From NCBI GenBank assembly GCA_034189035.1, contig JAXHVA010000003.1, positions 1 to 32,000 on the forward strand: a DNA stretch of 32,000 nucleotides. The letters run 5' to 3'. The stretch is from Thermodesulfobacteriota bacterium. GTDB lineage: Bacteria > Desulfobacterota > UBA8473. Of this stretch, positions 1-10,043 are shown piece after piece. Numbering within the stretch: the stretch's first letter is position 1; each line of letters starts with the position of its first letter. The notes under the pieces were generated by a model. The model saw nothing but the letters and a program-made list of their open reading frames with translations, did no database searches and was not told where the DNA came from. The translations under genes were made by a program, and so were the position numbers.

Positions 1-299
1 AGGGGGGAACAGTACTATCGGTTCACCGACATAGATGATTTTACCATATGGTGCTTTGCAGATATATATCCAGAAAAGAGTTCGTTAACAGACTCATCAA
101 AGAATTTCCTTTTCCTATACGCCGTATCCAAACGAATGGAGGTAAGGAATTTACCAATATATATGTCTCAGACCCTAAATGCATCCTCAAAAAACCCAGA
201 GTATACATGCCGGATCAAATATGCGCTTTTTACACTATACGGGTTGAAAGAATCCGCAGGAGAGATGAGAAAGAAGATAACTTCTCCGACTTGATATAA
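1..299 (+). pseudogene. Remnant of an IS481-like DDE (rve/integrase-core) transposase, cut by the window edge and frame-broken
   Basis: Frame 1 (nt 1 to about 75) reads GEQYYRFTDIDDFT. The signal then continues in frame 3 (ORF 48-299) as EFVNRLIKEFPFPIRRIQTNGGKEFTN...VERIRRRDEKE. This is the integrase-core pattern (AIDDxTR / FPxPIxxIQTDxGxEF / GKVER) spread over two frames and shortened. The Asp of the TDxG motif is Asn here. Confidence 0.5.
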
Positions 300-526
300 C
301 TAGATACAATTGGAAAAGACCTCATGGAGGTATCAATATGTAAACTCCGATACTAAAACTCTATAAAAGGCTCAAAAACTATAATAACTCTCTCCTTGTG
401 GTTATAGAAAAACTAGCCGCTTAATTTTTTTGCCAGAACCTTTGTGTTTGACATGTGTTTGGTTAATACAATTTTCTTGAAGCGGTGTTAACCTAAATCA
501 TGAGAATGGATATTGAACAAATGGAA

Positions 527-905
527 ACTTCTTCTCTTTTAAAAAGTGTCGCTAAAGCAGCTCTCAAATTGTAATTACATGTAGAACTTATTCATACAGT
601 ACTCGCATTCCAAGTTGATCACCATTGACACTTGCAGATAGCCTTCATTTTTATGGCGCTGGAGTGATATAAAAAATGAAAAATGACTATTGAGTTACCT
701 TCGAATAAAAGAAATTTCGTGTTATTTAGTTAAACGGATATAATTATTAGAATTTATTGAACGATCTGTTCTCTTATTTATTAAAATCAAGACGTTACAC
801 GTAATGTTTTCGGAGCGAACTCAATAGCCGATAAATGAAATTCCCGAAAAGTATGTAAATGATGTTTCTCAAAATAGAAGTAGACAAAAAAAAAGCTTTT
901 TAGTA
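527..905 (+). repeat. Degenerate, expanded copy (H) of the nested-hairpin repeat family, subfamily 1
   Basis: tcttttaaaaagtgtcgctaaagcagctctcaaattgtaat (about 533-573) matches gcttttaaaaagagtcgcatcaacgacagtcaaattttaat of copy A. actcgcattccaagt (601-615) matches aaactcgcatccaagtgag of copy C. atcaccatt (618-626) matches the central loop. ctgttctcttatt...caagacgttacacgtaatgtttt (766-809) matches ctgttctttctt...cagacaacacacgcattaaaattt. The left inner arm is missing and the boundaries are approximate. Confidence 0.4.
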
Positions 906-1531
906 GGATAGTTAGTTGTTAATTATTCAGTATTTTTATTTTTTATAATGTCGCGAAGATATAAAGATTTCTATAATAGTAGACGATATGTCTTAAGAGA
1001 AAATACTCCGTATTCAAATATATAACCAGTATTTATAATCTGAATAAAGGAGTTTTTCTTATGAAAAGGTTGGACGTATTTATACTGCCTGCCGTATGTT
1101 TTTCGAGAAAAATAATCCTGTTTTATGCGAAAGTGTTGGAAAGATATTTTCCTGATAAGTATCTTCTCTTTTTTATGAATACACTGGATAGTAATATTCC
1201 TTCTAAAGCAGTTGGTTTTGTTATCGATACAGCAGATCAATACATTCATTATAAAGTACGTTCTTTTTTTATTATCTATAATAGATAAATGTGTCCCTGA
1301 TACTGTAGGTGATTCCAGAAAGGTTTCTTCAGTCATCGCTGGGTTTTGTAAGTATGTTCCTGATAGTGTAATCCCTGATAAGTCTATTGATGATTAGGTT
1401 AAATATTAAATTGAAATTTCATATTCCCACATTGCTATCCAATAAGCGAGTAAAGACACGCGGATAATTGAGATAATCATTTCTTAATTTGAATAACATT
1501 ACCTTTATTTAACCGCTGATTTTAATTTTAA

Positions 1532-1558
1532 TTGATTTTTTTAATGAAAGTGTATACT
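1532..1558 (+). promoter_or_regulatory. Candidate sigma70-type promoter for the lipid cluster
   Basis: TTGATT (1532-1537), a 15-nt spacer, then TATACT (1553-1558), about 55 nt upstream of the KAS III start codon. The short spacer and the AT-rich background make chance matches likely. Confidence 0.2.
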
Positions 1559-1613
1559 ATTCCATTTTTTCTTGTATTTTAACTAGGGAAAAAGGTCATT
1601 TGAGGGAAATTAG

Positions 1614-2663
1614 ATGCGATACAAAGATGTCTGCATTGAGTCTTTTGGATATGTAATACCGGAAGACATCATTACATCATTAAGCCTGGAAGAAAGACTG
1701 TCTCCAGTGTACGACAGGCTAAATCTTGCATACGGCCGCCTTGAAATGATGACCGGGATCCGTGAGCGGAGATTCTGGTTGAATGGAGACCCCCCGAGTC
1801 AAACCGGTGCAATGGCAGCAAAGAAGGCTATAGCTAACTCTGGTATAGAGAAGGATGACATCGAATGTATCCTTCATACTTCCTTGAGCCGTGACTTTCT
1901 GGAGCCAGCGACGGCCTTCTTGGTTCATGATTCCTTAGGCCTGCCTTCAACAGCGACCATATTTGACATATCAAATGCCTGTTTGGGCTTTGTAAACGGT
2001 ATGGTGTCCTTAGCAAATATGATTGAATTGGGTCAGGTAAAAGCGGGTATTGTGGTTGCAAGTGAAAGCAGTAGGCATATCACTGACACAACAATTGATG
2101 AAATCTTACAGGACCCAGAGATGACCAGGGCAAAACTCAAGCTTTCTTTTGCCTCTTTGACACTCGGTTCTGGGTCAGTGGCAGTGATTATGACCCATTC
2201 TTCATTGTCGAGCTCGAATCACAGGCTTTTAGGTGGAGTGATCCGTACCGCTTCCCAATATAACGGACTTTGCCGTATTGAAGATAATACATATTTTTAT
2301 AAGCCAAACAGCCGTCCAACTATGCATACTGACTATCAAGGTATTTTGGATAACGGGTTGCAATTAGCTGAAAAGACATGGAAGGCATTAAATAATGAGC
2401 TAGAATGGCAAAATTCTGATGTAGACAAAGTATTTTGTCACCAGGTGAGTGTTGTTCATCAAAGTCAATTGTTCGACAGATTGGATTTTTGCAGTGCGAA
2501 GGGGTTCTCCAGTGTAGAGTATTTAGGGAACATCGGTCCGGTTTCACTTCCTATTACTTTGGCCATATCAGAGGATAAGGGCCATCTCAATACTGAGGAT
2601 CGGGTTGCATTGTTGGGGATTGGCAGTGGGTTGTCTTCTATTATGCTTGGTGTAAAATGGTAA
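1614..2663 (+). CDS. 3-oxoacyl-ACP synthase III family (FabH-like KAS III)
   Basis: 349-aa ORF with GAGGG 8 nt upstream of the ATG. It carries the Cys-His-Asn triad motifs of KAS III: DISNACLGFVNG, VFCHQVS and YLGNIGPVSLP. The C-terminal GIGSGLS is typical of the family. Confidence 0.85.
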   Translation: MRYKDVCIESFGYVIPEDIITSLSLEERLSPVYDRLNLAYGRLEMMTGIRERRFWLNGDPPSQTGAMAAKKAIANSGIEKDDIECILHTSLSRDFLEPATAFLVHDSLGLPSTATIFDISNACLGFVNGMVSLANMIELGQVKAGIVVASESSRHITDTTIDEILQDPEMTRAKLKLSFASLTLGSGSVAVIMTHSSLSSSNHRLLGGVIRTASQYNGLCRIEDNTYFYKPNSRPTMHTDYQGILDNGLQLAEKTWKALNNELEWQNSDVDKVFCHQVSVVHQSQLFDRLDFCSAKGFSSVEYLGNIGPVSLPITLAISEDKGHLNTEDRVALLGIGSGLSSIMLGVKW

Positions 2664-2685
2664 TTTTACAAGAGGTGATTGCCAT

Positions 2686-3924
2686 ATGAATAACGAAGCA
2701 CGAATTGTAATAACTGGAGTCGGGTTAACTTCACCGAATGGGGATAATCTTACGGAATTCAGGCAGAATTTGCTTTCAGGAATATCCGGAGTAGGAAAGA
2801 TAAATACTCACTATATGGGGGAAGTCATTGCTGGCGTATGTGATTTTGACCCTCTTAAATATCAGAAGAAAAAGGCCCTGCGTCGTGGAACACGCGCAGG
2901 ATCTATAGCGATTTACTGTGCAAATGAGTCAATTGTCGATTCGAATATCAATCTTTCTTCTTTTGATAAATCCAGAATTGGGATATATCTTGGGATCACT
3001 GAGCACGGTAATGTGGAAACCGAAAATGAGATTTACAATTTAAAACAGTACGATTACAATGTGGATTTCTGGTCTCATCACCATAACCCAAGAACCGTGG
3101 CCAACAGCCCAGCAGGTGAGGTCACTCTAAATCTGACTATTACAGGACCGCATTACACTTTGGGCGCTGCATGTGCTGCCGGTAATATTGGGCTTATTAA
3201 CGGTTTGCAAATGCTGCGACTCAAAGAAGTGGATTTAGCCTTGGCTGGTGGGATTTCGGAGACTCCTCATACATTTGGTGTTTTTGCTGCATTTAAAAAT
3301 GAAGGTGCACTGGCAAGCCATACAGACCCGACTAAGGCATCCCGGCCTTTTGATAAGGATAGAAACGGTATCGTCGTTTCAGAGGGAGGTTGTATTTGTG
3401 CACTGGAAAGATTAGATGACGCCCTTAAAAGAGGTGCGAAAATCTATGGAGAAATAACCGGTTATGCGATCAACTCTGACGCATCTGACTTCATCCTTCC
3501 AAATCCTCTAAGGCAGGTTGAGTGCATGAATAGCGCCCTTAAAAGAGCTGGCATAGCGGCTAGTGATATCGATATTATCAATACACATGCTACTGCAACA
3601 CTAGAAGGTGACAAGGCGGAATGTAAGGCAATAAAAGAGGTCTTTGGGGCTCATTCAAATGTGAATATAAACAACACGAAGAGTTTCATTGGCCATACAA
3701 TGGGAGCTGCTGGCGCTTTAGAATTGGTAGGGAATTTACCATCATTTGAAGACCATATCATTCACCCGACGATCAATATAGACAATGTAGACTCTGAGTG
3801 TGTGTTTAAGAACCTTATAATCAACGAACCGAGAAAGATAGATAGAGTTGATTACATATTAAACAACTCATTTGGAATGCTGGGTATCAATTCTGTTGTT
3901 ATTGTAAAAAGATATAAAGGATAA
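2686..3924 (+). CDS. Beta-ketoacyl-ACP synthase I/II family (FabF-like)
   Basis: 412 aa. The N-terminus is RIVITGVGLTSPNG. The Cys-His-His triad is present in GAACAAGNIG, NTHATAT and GHTMGAAG. It lies 22 nt after the KAS III stop. Confidence 0.85.
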   Translation: MNNEARIVITGVGLTSPNGDNLTEFRQNLLSGISGVGKINTHYMGEVIAGVCDFDPLKYQKKKALRRGTRAGSIAIYCANESIVDSNINLSSFDKSRIGIYLGITEHGNVETENEIYNLKQYDYNVDFWSHHHNPRTVANSPAGEVTLNLTITGPHYTLGAACAAGNIGLINGLQMLRLKEVDLALAGGISETPHTFGVFAAFKNEGALASHTDPTKASRPFDKDRNGIVVSEGGCICALERLDDALKRGAKIYGEITGYAINSDASDFILPNPLRQVECMNSALKRAGIAASDIDIINTHATATLEGDKAECKAIKEVFGAHSNVNINNTKSFIGHTMGAAGALELVGNLPSFEDHIIHPTINIDNVDSECVFKNLIINEPRKIDRVDYILNNSFGMLGINSVVIVKRYKG

Positions 3925-3959
3925 CGTTTTTTAGCTTTTTTTAGGAAAGGAATATTTAT

Positions 3960-4211
3960 ATGACTGCAGTTGAAATTAGATCTACGATTTTAGAGGTCAT
4001 CCAGGAAATTCTTCCGGATGAAGATGTGAACAGCCTCAAGGCTGATGTCCGCATACGGGATCAGATTGAAATGGACTCAATGGATTTTTTAGATATGATT
4101 ATGGAGTTACGCAAACGTTACAGTATCATTGTGCCGGAAGATGACTATATGAAATTATTTACACTTGATAGTGCTGTGGCATATCTCGAACCGCTTATGA
4201 AAGATATTTGA
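3960..4211 (+). CDS. Acyl carrier protein (divergent, dedicated)
   Basis: 83 aa and acidic. The phosphopantetheine-site pattern is EMDSMDFLDMIMEL (DSM rather than the canonical DSL). AGGAAAGGA lies upstream of the ATG. Confidence 0.8.
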   Translation: MTAVEIRSTILEVIQEILPDEDVNSLKADVRIRDQIEMDSMDFLDMIMELRKRYSIIVPEDDYMKLFTLDSAVAYLEPLMKDI

Positions 4212-4578
4212 CCAATCTGCTTCGTGCACATTAAGGGATATTTTCCTCATTTTTCAAATAAACGAGTTTTTATCAAATAAGAGAAAATTGCCCTTTTCTT
4301 TTCATCCATCCAATTGGTTTTTAATACGATACTCCTTACATAATAGCTGATTAAAACTTAGAGGGCTGTTACCTAAATCACAGGTTCGTTTTTCGAAAAC
4401 GTATTTTATACACCCAAGACTCATAAAAAACATTTTAAAACTGACTCTTTGAGTATAAAGGGCTTGAAATTCCAAATATCAGTACGAATTCATCCAGAAA
4501 AGAAGATGCAAGGCAACGGCTAAGGTCTTTACAACTGTATCCTTTTTTGGAGGAATCACTTATCGCGAGAGTCTGGTT

Positions 4579-5964
4579 ATGGACTATGATGTTATCATTA
4601 TTGGTGGAGGAATGTCTGGTCTTGCAGCCGGTATCAGACTGGCCTATTATGACAAAAAGGTCTGTATTCTCGAAAAACATTATCGTATTGGAGGGCTGAA
4701 TTCATATTATGTCAAAGATGGACATAAATTTGATGTGGGTCTCCATGCAATAACAAATTACGTTCCTCGGGGTGTTAAATCAACTCCACTTCCAAAGTTA
4801 TTGCGTCAACTCAGATTAAAGCATGAAGATTTTGACCTTTGTGAACAGGGGATGTCGATGATCAAATTCCCTGATAGGACCCTCAGGTTTACTAATAACC
4901 TCGATTTTTTTGTTGAGGAAGTGGTTGATAATTTTCCAGGGCAGGCCGATAATTTCCAAAAGCTGATCAAAACCATCTTTGATTACAATGCATTATCTTT
5001 GGATACAAGGCCCATCTCTGCCTTTGAAGTTGTGGGATCGATTCTATCAGATCCTCTCTTAATTGATATGATCTTTTGCCCTCTCATGTTTTATGGTAAT
5101 GCAATGGAAGATGATATGGACTTCGGGCAGTTTGTTATCATGTTCCAGAGTATCTTCAACGAAGGTTTTGCAAGACCCTGGGCAGGTGTGAGGCAGATAC
5201 TCGATGTTCTCATCAATAAGTATAAGGAAAATGGGGGTGAGTTAAGGTTAAGTAGTGGTATAAAACGTATTACAGTTAAAGATGAAAAGGCCGAGTCGAT
5301 ATTACTCGAAAGCGATGACAAACTGACAGCGGACAATATCATATCATCTGCAGGTTATCTTGAAACCATGCGCCTTTTGTCAGATTACGATCCAAGAAAA
5401 TTCAAGTATGAATCAGGCCGGCTTTCATTTATAGAGTATATTATGATATTGGATAGAGAACCTGCTGAAATCGGTTATGAACAGACAATCACCTTTTTTA
5501 ATCATTCAGATCGGTTCAAATATGCAAAAGCAAAAGATCTGGTCGATGTTTCAAGTGGTGTTATATGCTGTCCTAATAATTTTCAATACAAAAAACCATT
5601 GCCTGAGCCTATAATCAGGGCAACAAATATTGCGAATTTCAATCTCTGGAATGAATTGGAACAAAAGGAATATGAAGCACAAAAGGTCAGATGGCTTGAT
5701 ACGACTCTGAAGGAAATCGTAAAGTTCATTCCCGATTTTCGAAGTTCAATACGTTATACGGACATATTTACACCGAAAACAATACATAGATTTACAGGTC
5801 ATATAAACGGCGCAGTATATGGAGGGCCGAATAAGATCAAGACAGGGAGGACACATTTAAAAAACCTGTTTATCTGTGGTACAGACCAAGGATTTTTGGG
5901 GATAGTCGGGGCAATGCTCAGTGGTATCTCCATGGCAAATCTTCATATACTTATGAGGGAGTAG
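4579..5964 (+). CDS. FAD-dependent oxidoreductase, phytoene desaturase (CrtI/CrtD, COG1233) family
   Basis: 461 aa. The N-terminal dinucleotide-binding fold is YDVIIIGGGMSGLAAGIRLA...ILEKHYRIGGL. The C-terminal GTDQGFLGIVGAMLSG segment is typical of this family. Confidence 0.8.
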   Translation: MDYDVIIIGGGMSGLAAGIRLAYYDKKVCILEKHYRIGGLNSYYVKDGHKFDVGLHAITNYVPRGVKSTPLPKLLRQLRLKHEDFDLCEQGMSMIKFPDRTLRFTNNLDFFVEEVVDNFPGQADNFQKLIKTIFDYNALSLDTRPISAFEVVGSILSDPLLIDMIFCPLMFYGNAMEDDMDFGQFVIMFQSIFNEGFARPWAGVRQILDVLINKYKENGGELRLSSGIKRITVKDEKAESILLESDDKLTADNIISSAGYLETMRLLSDYDPRKFKYESGRLSFIEYIMILDREPAEIGYEQTITFFNHSDRFKYAKAKDLVDVSSGVICCPNNFQYKKPLPEPIIRATNIANFNLWNELEQKEYEAQKVRWLDTTLKEIVKFIPDFRSSIRYTDIFTPKTIHRFTGHINGAVYGGPNKIKTGRTHLKNLFICGTDQGFLGIVGAMLSGISMANLHILMRE

Positions 5965-6033
5965 AATCCGATAACCATTCGAAGTGATTTTTATCTACAA
6001 AAAAGAGTTAAAAGATTTACCTAAGAAAAAACA

Positions 6034-7400
6034 GTGGCTAAGAAACTATTACTCATTAACCCGGTTCAGGAACCTAAGCATAATCTGGCTTGCGTCCCTA
6101 TCTTAAGGGTTCCACAAGTAGGTTTAGCGTATATAGCTGCATTAACCCCCTTTCATTGGGATATAAATATAATCGATGAGAGTGTTGAGCCTCTGACTTA
6201 TGAGGATGCCGACCTCGTTGGCATAACAGCATATACTTGCAATATTCAAAGAGCATATAAAATAGCTGAGCAGTACAGAAGAAAAGGCATTAAAACTGTG
6301 ATTGGCGGTGTGCATGCCTCTATATTGTATGAAGAAGCCATAAATTTTGTTGATTCTGTTGTAATCGGTGAGGCTGAATCTGTTTGGTCAGACCTGATCC
6401 ATGACTTCGAAAGTAATCAGTTGAAGAGGTATTACAAAGGTGAGCGTATTTCTTTAAATAACCTTGTTCAACCCAGAATGTATCTTTATAAAAGCAGAAA
6501 ATATCGAGTGAAAGATGTTGTACAAACAGCGAGAGGCTGTCCTAATGATTGTGAGTTTTGCTTAGTAACGACCCTTTATGGTCGTACCTATAGACAAAGA
6601 CCCGTAGATGAGTTACTCGATGAATTAGAAGCAATAAAACAAAAGAACGTCTTTTCCCCGGATGATAATATCTTAGGTCGCGGAAAAGAAGCAGAACAGA
6701 GGGCGATTCGATTGTTTAAAGGGATGATCGAGCGAGGATTAAAAAAACGATGGGGATCTCAAGTAGGCATTGATTTTGCGAAGAACGAGGACGTATTGAA
6801 GTATGCAAAAAAAGCCGGTTGTATGGCAGTATTCATTGGCTTTGAATCACTCAATGAAGAAGCACTTCAAAGTATGAATAAAACGAGAAACTTGGAGGTA
6901 GGTATAAGAAATTATAAAGAGATAATCCAGAGCATGACTATAACATTGGGGTAATCGGGGCGTTTGTTTTTGGCAGTGATGGTGACAAGAAAGATGTCTT
7001 TGAAAGGACAACTGAATTTGTCGAGGACGCAAAGATAGATGCAATACAACTGTCGATTCTCACCCCTCTTCCAGGGACGAGATTGTATAATAGATTAAAA
7101 CAGGAAGGGAGGCTATTGTGTACTGATTACCCTGATGATTGGCAGTATTATGATTTTCTGGAGGTTGTATTTGAGCCGAAGTACATGAGTCTTGATCAAT
7201 TGAAAGAGGGAGTTACCCAAGTTTATAAAGATACGACATCAAGGGCAAGATCACTGAAAATGGCTTTCAATTCGATGATCCAGACAAGGAGCTTTTATGG
7301 AGCTATTTGTGGGTATTTATGGAATCGTGGATACGGTTCAGTTTGGATGAGGAAATACGACTACATGAAGAGAATGAACCCTGATTTTAATTTAAAGTGA
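6034..7400 (+). pseudogene. B12-binding radical-SAM enzyme, interrupted by a -1 frame change (ORFs 6034-6954 and 6918-7400)
   Basis: The N-terminal part has the B12-binding-domain architecture (LLLINP...DLVGITAYT...GGVHAS) followed by the CxxxCxxC motif RGCPNDCEFC. Frame 1 stops at 6952-6954. Frame 3 is open from 6918 and reads HDYNIGVIGAFVFGSDGDKKDVFERTTEFVEDAKIDAIQLSILTPLPGTRLYNRL, the expected continuation of the TIM-barrel and C-terminal domain. Confidence 0.8.
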
Positions 7401-7411
7401 AGGGAAGAGTA

Positions 7412-8824
7412 ATGGTCGATAATGATTGCTTGAGGGATACAAGGTCACGATACGATGTTATTGTCATAGGTAGCGGGCTGGGGGGGCTTACCTGTGCAAA
7501 TATGCTGGCTAGAAATGGCTATTCGGTTTTACTCCTCGAACAGCACAATAAACTGGGTGGATTGGCTACCTGGTTCAGGAGAAAGGGAGGGCATATCTTT
7601 GATATATCATTGCACGGATTTCCAATCGGTATGGTTAAGACCTGTCGAAAATACTGGAGCAGAGAGATTGCCGACATGATTGTTCAACTTAAGGGAATCC
7701 GGTTTGATAACCCTCAGTTTTCATTAACCACAACCTTTGATAGAGAAGATTTTACCCGGATCCTAGAAGAGCGATTCAAGGTGCAACGCAAGGATATCAA
7801 TGATTTTTTTAATACAGCCAGGGAGATGAATTTCTATGATGATCAGAGTATGACAACCAGAGAGCTTTTTGAGAAGTTCTTTCCGGGGCGTGACGATGTG
7901 GTTCGTTTTTTGATGGAACCGATTACCTATGCCAATGGTTCAACCCTGGATGACCCAGCGATCACTTATGGGATCGTATTCTCCAATTTTATGAGCAAAG
8001 GCGTCTATACTGTTCGAGGCGGAACAGACCGGTTTATCGGAAAGATGGAAGCCGAGCTTGTAAAAAACGGTGTTGATATTGAGAAAAATTGCCTGGCACA
8101 GAGAATAACTGTCAAAGACCAAAGGGTTACAGGGGTAATCGCTAATGGGAGGATGATAGAGTGTAAGGCGGTTGTATCGAATGGCAATTTGAAATCAACC
8201 GTCCATAAATTTGTTGGACAGCAACATTTTTCGAAGGAATTCGCTTTAGAATCGAGGAATGTTCGTCTTAATAACAGTAGCTGCCAGGTATATCTGGGTA
8301 TAAAAGGAGGTGAGAGGATTGACTATGTAGGGGATTTGCTCTTTACTTCAACAGCAGAGAAATTCGATTCTGCAAAGCTCTTAAGCAAGGATATCACCAG
8401 CCGGACTTTTTCGATCTATTACCCGGAAACCCGACCAGGCTCTGATATGTATGCGATCGTTTCTTCCACCAATGCAAACTATGAAGACTGGGTAAGCCTC
8501 ACAGATGAACAGTATCAAAGCTCTAAAGAGGAACTTGTCGAGTCGACCATCGATGCTTTAGAGAAATATATCCCAGGGGTAAGAGCGAAGATTGACTGTG
8601 CACAAGCGGCTACCCCAAAGACATTTCAAAGGTACACGCTTCATGAATGTGGAGCTTCTTTTGGTACAAAATTTGAGGGATTAAAGATCAGTATGGGACT
8701 TCCGAAAGAGGTCCGGGGGCTTTTCCATACCGGGTCTGTTGGGATTATAATGTCCGGTTGGCTGGGGGCTGCAAACTACGGGGTCATTGTCTCGAACCAT
8801 GTTGATGAATACCTGAGATCCTGA
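7412..8824 (+). CDS. Second FAD-dependent oxidoreductase of the phytoene desaturase (COG1233) family
   Basis: [39 protein letters not shown] forms the Rossmann fold, and the length and C-terminal pattern fit the family. The ORF track starts at GTG 7397, overlapping the upstream stop. ATG 7412 is preferred because GAAGGGA lies 6-7 nt upstream of it. Confidence 0.8.
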   Translation: MVDNDCLRDTRSRYDVIVIGSGLGGLTCANMLARNGYSVLLLEQHNKLGGLATWFRRKGGHIFDISLHGFPIGMVKTCRKYWSREIADMIVQLKGIRFDNPQFSLTTTFDREDFTRILEERFKVQRKDINDFFNTAREMNFYDDQSMTTRELFEKFFPGRDDVVRFLMEPITYANGSTLDDPAITYGIVFSNFMSKGVYTVRGGTDRFIGKMEAELVKNGVDIEKNCLAQRITVKDQRVTGVIANGRMIECKAVVSNGNLKSTVHKFVGQQHFSKEFALESRNVRLNNSSCQVYLGIKGGERIDYVGDLLFTSTAEKFDSAKLLSKDITSRTFSIYYPETRPGSDMYAIVSSTNANYEDWVSLTDEQYQSSKEELVESTIDALEKYIPGVRAKIDCAQAATPKTFQRYTLHECGASFGTKFEGLKISMGLPKEVRGLFHTGSVGIIMSGWLGAANYGVIVSNHVDEYLRS

Positions 8825-8845
8825 TTTTTTTACAGGAGGTTGCAA

Positions 8846-9586
8846 ATGTACGATTTTAATGGGCAGACTGCGATTATTACAGGTGGTACAAGAGGCATAG
8901 GCAGAAGTATTGCACAGGGCTTCTTAAAAGCAGGTGCGCGCGTTATCGTTATTTACGCATCAAATGAGACTGCTGTGGCAGGCTTTAAGGAAGATAACGT
9001 TGAATTTGCTGATAAGATCGATGTACAAAGGTGTAATGTGGTCAACTATGAGGCAGTTGAGAGGCTTTTCGAATATATTGGTAAGGAATATGAAGGCTTC
9101 GATATACTCATAAACAATGCAGGTATCAGGAAAGATTCTATCCTTGCCATGATGAAAGAGTCTGACTGGCATGATGTACTCAATGTCAATCTCAGCGGGG
9201 TATTTTATATGTGCAAGTTTGCAGTAATGAGCCTGATGCGAAGACGATACGGGCGGATTATCAATATCACCTCTCCTTCAGGGAAGTACGGTTTTGAAGG
9301 TCAGGCGAATTATGGGGCATCAAAGGCAGGTATTGTTGCCCTTACAAAGACGCTTTCAAAAGAAGTTGCAAAGAGGGGGATTACGGTAAATTGCGTATCA
9401 CCGGGGTTTATTGCTACGGAATTGATTGCGGATATTCCTGAAGAATTGCGCAATTCGTATAAGGCTCAGGTTCCATTAAAGAGATTCGGGAAGCCTGAAG
9501 AGGTTGCTGCCTGTGTTCTTTTCCTCGCTTCTAAAGAGGCGTCATACGTTAACGGTACTACCCTCGAGGTCACAGGAGGATTATAA
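8846..9586 (+). CDS. fabG: 3-oxoacyl-ACP reductase (SDR family)
   Basis: The SDR motifs are TGGTRGIGRSIA, NNAG and S...YGASKAG (catalytic Ser-Tyr-Lys). AGGAGG lies 7 nt upstream of ATG 8846. The track's TTG 8840 start is less likely. Confidence 0.85.
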   Translation: MYDFNGQTAIITGGTRGIGRSIAQGFLKAGARVIVIYASNETAVAGFKEDNVEFADKIDVQRCNVVNYEAVERLFEYIGKEYEGFDILINNAGIRKDSILAMMKESDWHDVLNVNLSGVFYMCKFAVMSLMRRRYGRIINITSPSGKYGFEGQANYGASKAGIVALTKTLSKEVAKRGITVNCVSPGFIATELIADIPEELRNSYKAQVPLKRFGKPEEVAACVLFLASKEASYVNGTTLEVTGGL

Positions 9587-9587
9587 G

Positions 9588-10007
9588 ATGGAACAGGTCT
9601 TAAATGCAATACCTCATCGTCCGCCTTTTTTATTTGTTGACAGGGTCATAGAGTTGAAAGAGGATAAGATAAGGACAGTGAAAGAGGTGAGCCCGGATGA
9701 GCCTTTTTTTAAAGGGCATTACCCGGGAAATCCGATTATGCCCGGCGTATTGATCTGTGAGTCTGTCTTTCAAACCGGGGCGATATTGCTCTCAAGCATG
9801 ATGAGTGATGCAAAAGAGGGGGTTCCGGTTCTGACACGAATTCAGAATGCCAAATTCAAGAATATGGTAAAACCGGGCGATATCCTGGAGATAGATGTGC
9901 ACTTAGTAGAGAAGGTGAGCAATGCTTTTTTTCTCAAAGGCAGTGCCTCAGTCGCAGGAAAGAAGGCAGTCATAGTTGAGTTTACCTGTGCTTTGGCAAA
10001 GCCTTAA
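9588..10007 (+). CDS. fabZ: 3-hydroxyacyl-ACP dehydratase (hot-dog fold)
   Basis: IPHRPPFLFVDRV...FFKGHYPGNPIMPGVLICE is the FabZ signature, including the catalytic His and Glu contexts. ATG 9588 is preceded by AGGAGGA (9574-9580). The track's 9504 start is a spurious extension overlapping fabG. Confidence 0.9.
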   Translation: MEQVLNAIPHRPPFLFVDRVIELKEDKIRTVKEVSPDEPFFKGHYPGNPIMPGVLICESVFQTGAILLSSMMSDAKEGVPVLTRIQNAKFKNMVKPGDILEIDVHLVEKVSNAFFLKGSASVAGKKAVIVEFTCALAKP

Positions 10008-10043
10008 AGAATGGGGATTGGTTAGTCAAAGATTATCTAAAAC

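Noticed and set aside
971-1336. 121-aa - strand ORF in the AT-rich island
   Set aside because: It is statistically long for stop-rich DNA, but its sequence is K/I/N/F/Y-rich low complexity. I noticed no SD and recognise no motif. It is kept only as a remark in the AT-rich-island finding, not as a feature.
6918-6954. Programmed -1 ribosomal frameshift in the B12-radical-SAM gene
   Set aside because: There is no X XXY YYZ slippery heptamer in the only interval where the shift can occur, and I noticed no stimulatory hairpin directly downstream. A mutation or a sequencing indel is more parsimonious.
9504-9587. 5' extensions offered by the ORF track for fabZ (TTG 9504) and for the FlxB-like gene (TTG 28811)
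   Set aside because: The fabZ extension overlaps the end of fabG in another frame, and a downstream ATG (9588) has a good SD and gives the conserved FabZ N-terminus. The 28811 extension reads through repeat G. ATG 28862 is preferred because it avoids translating repeat sequence.
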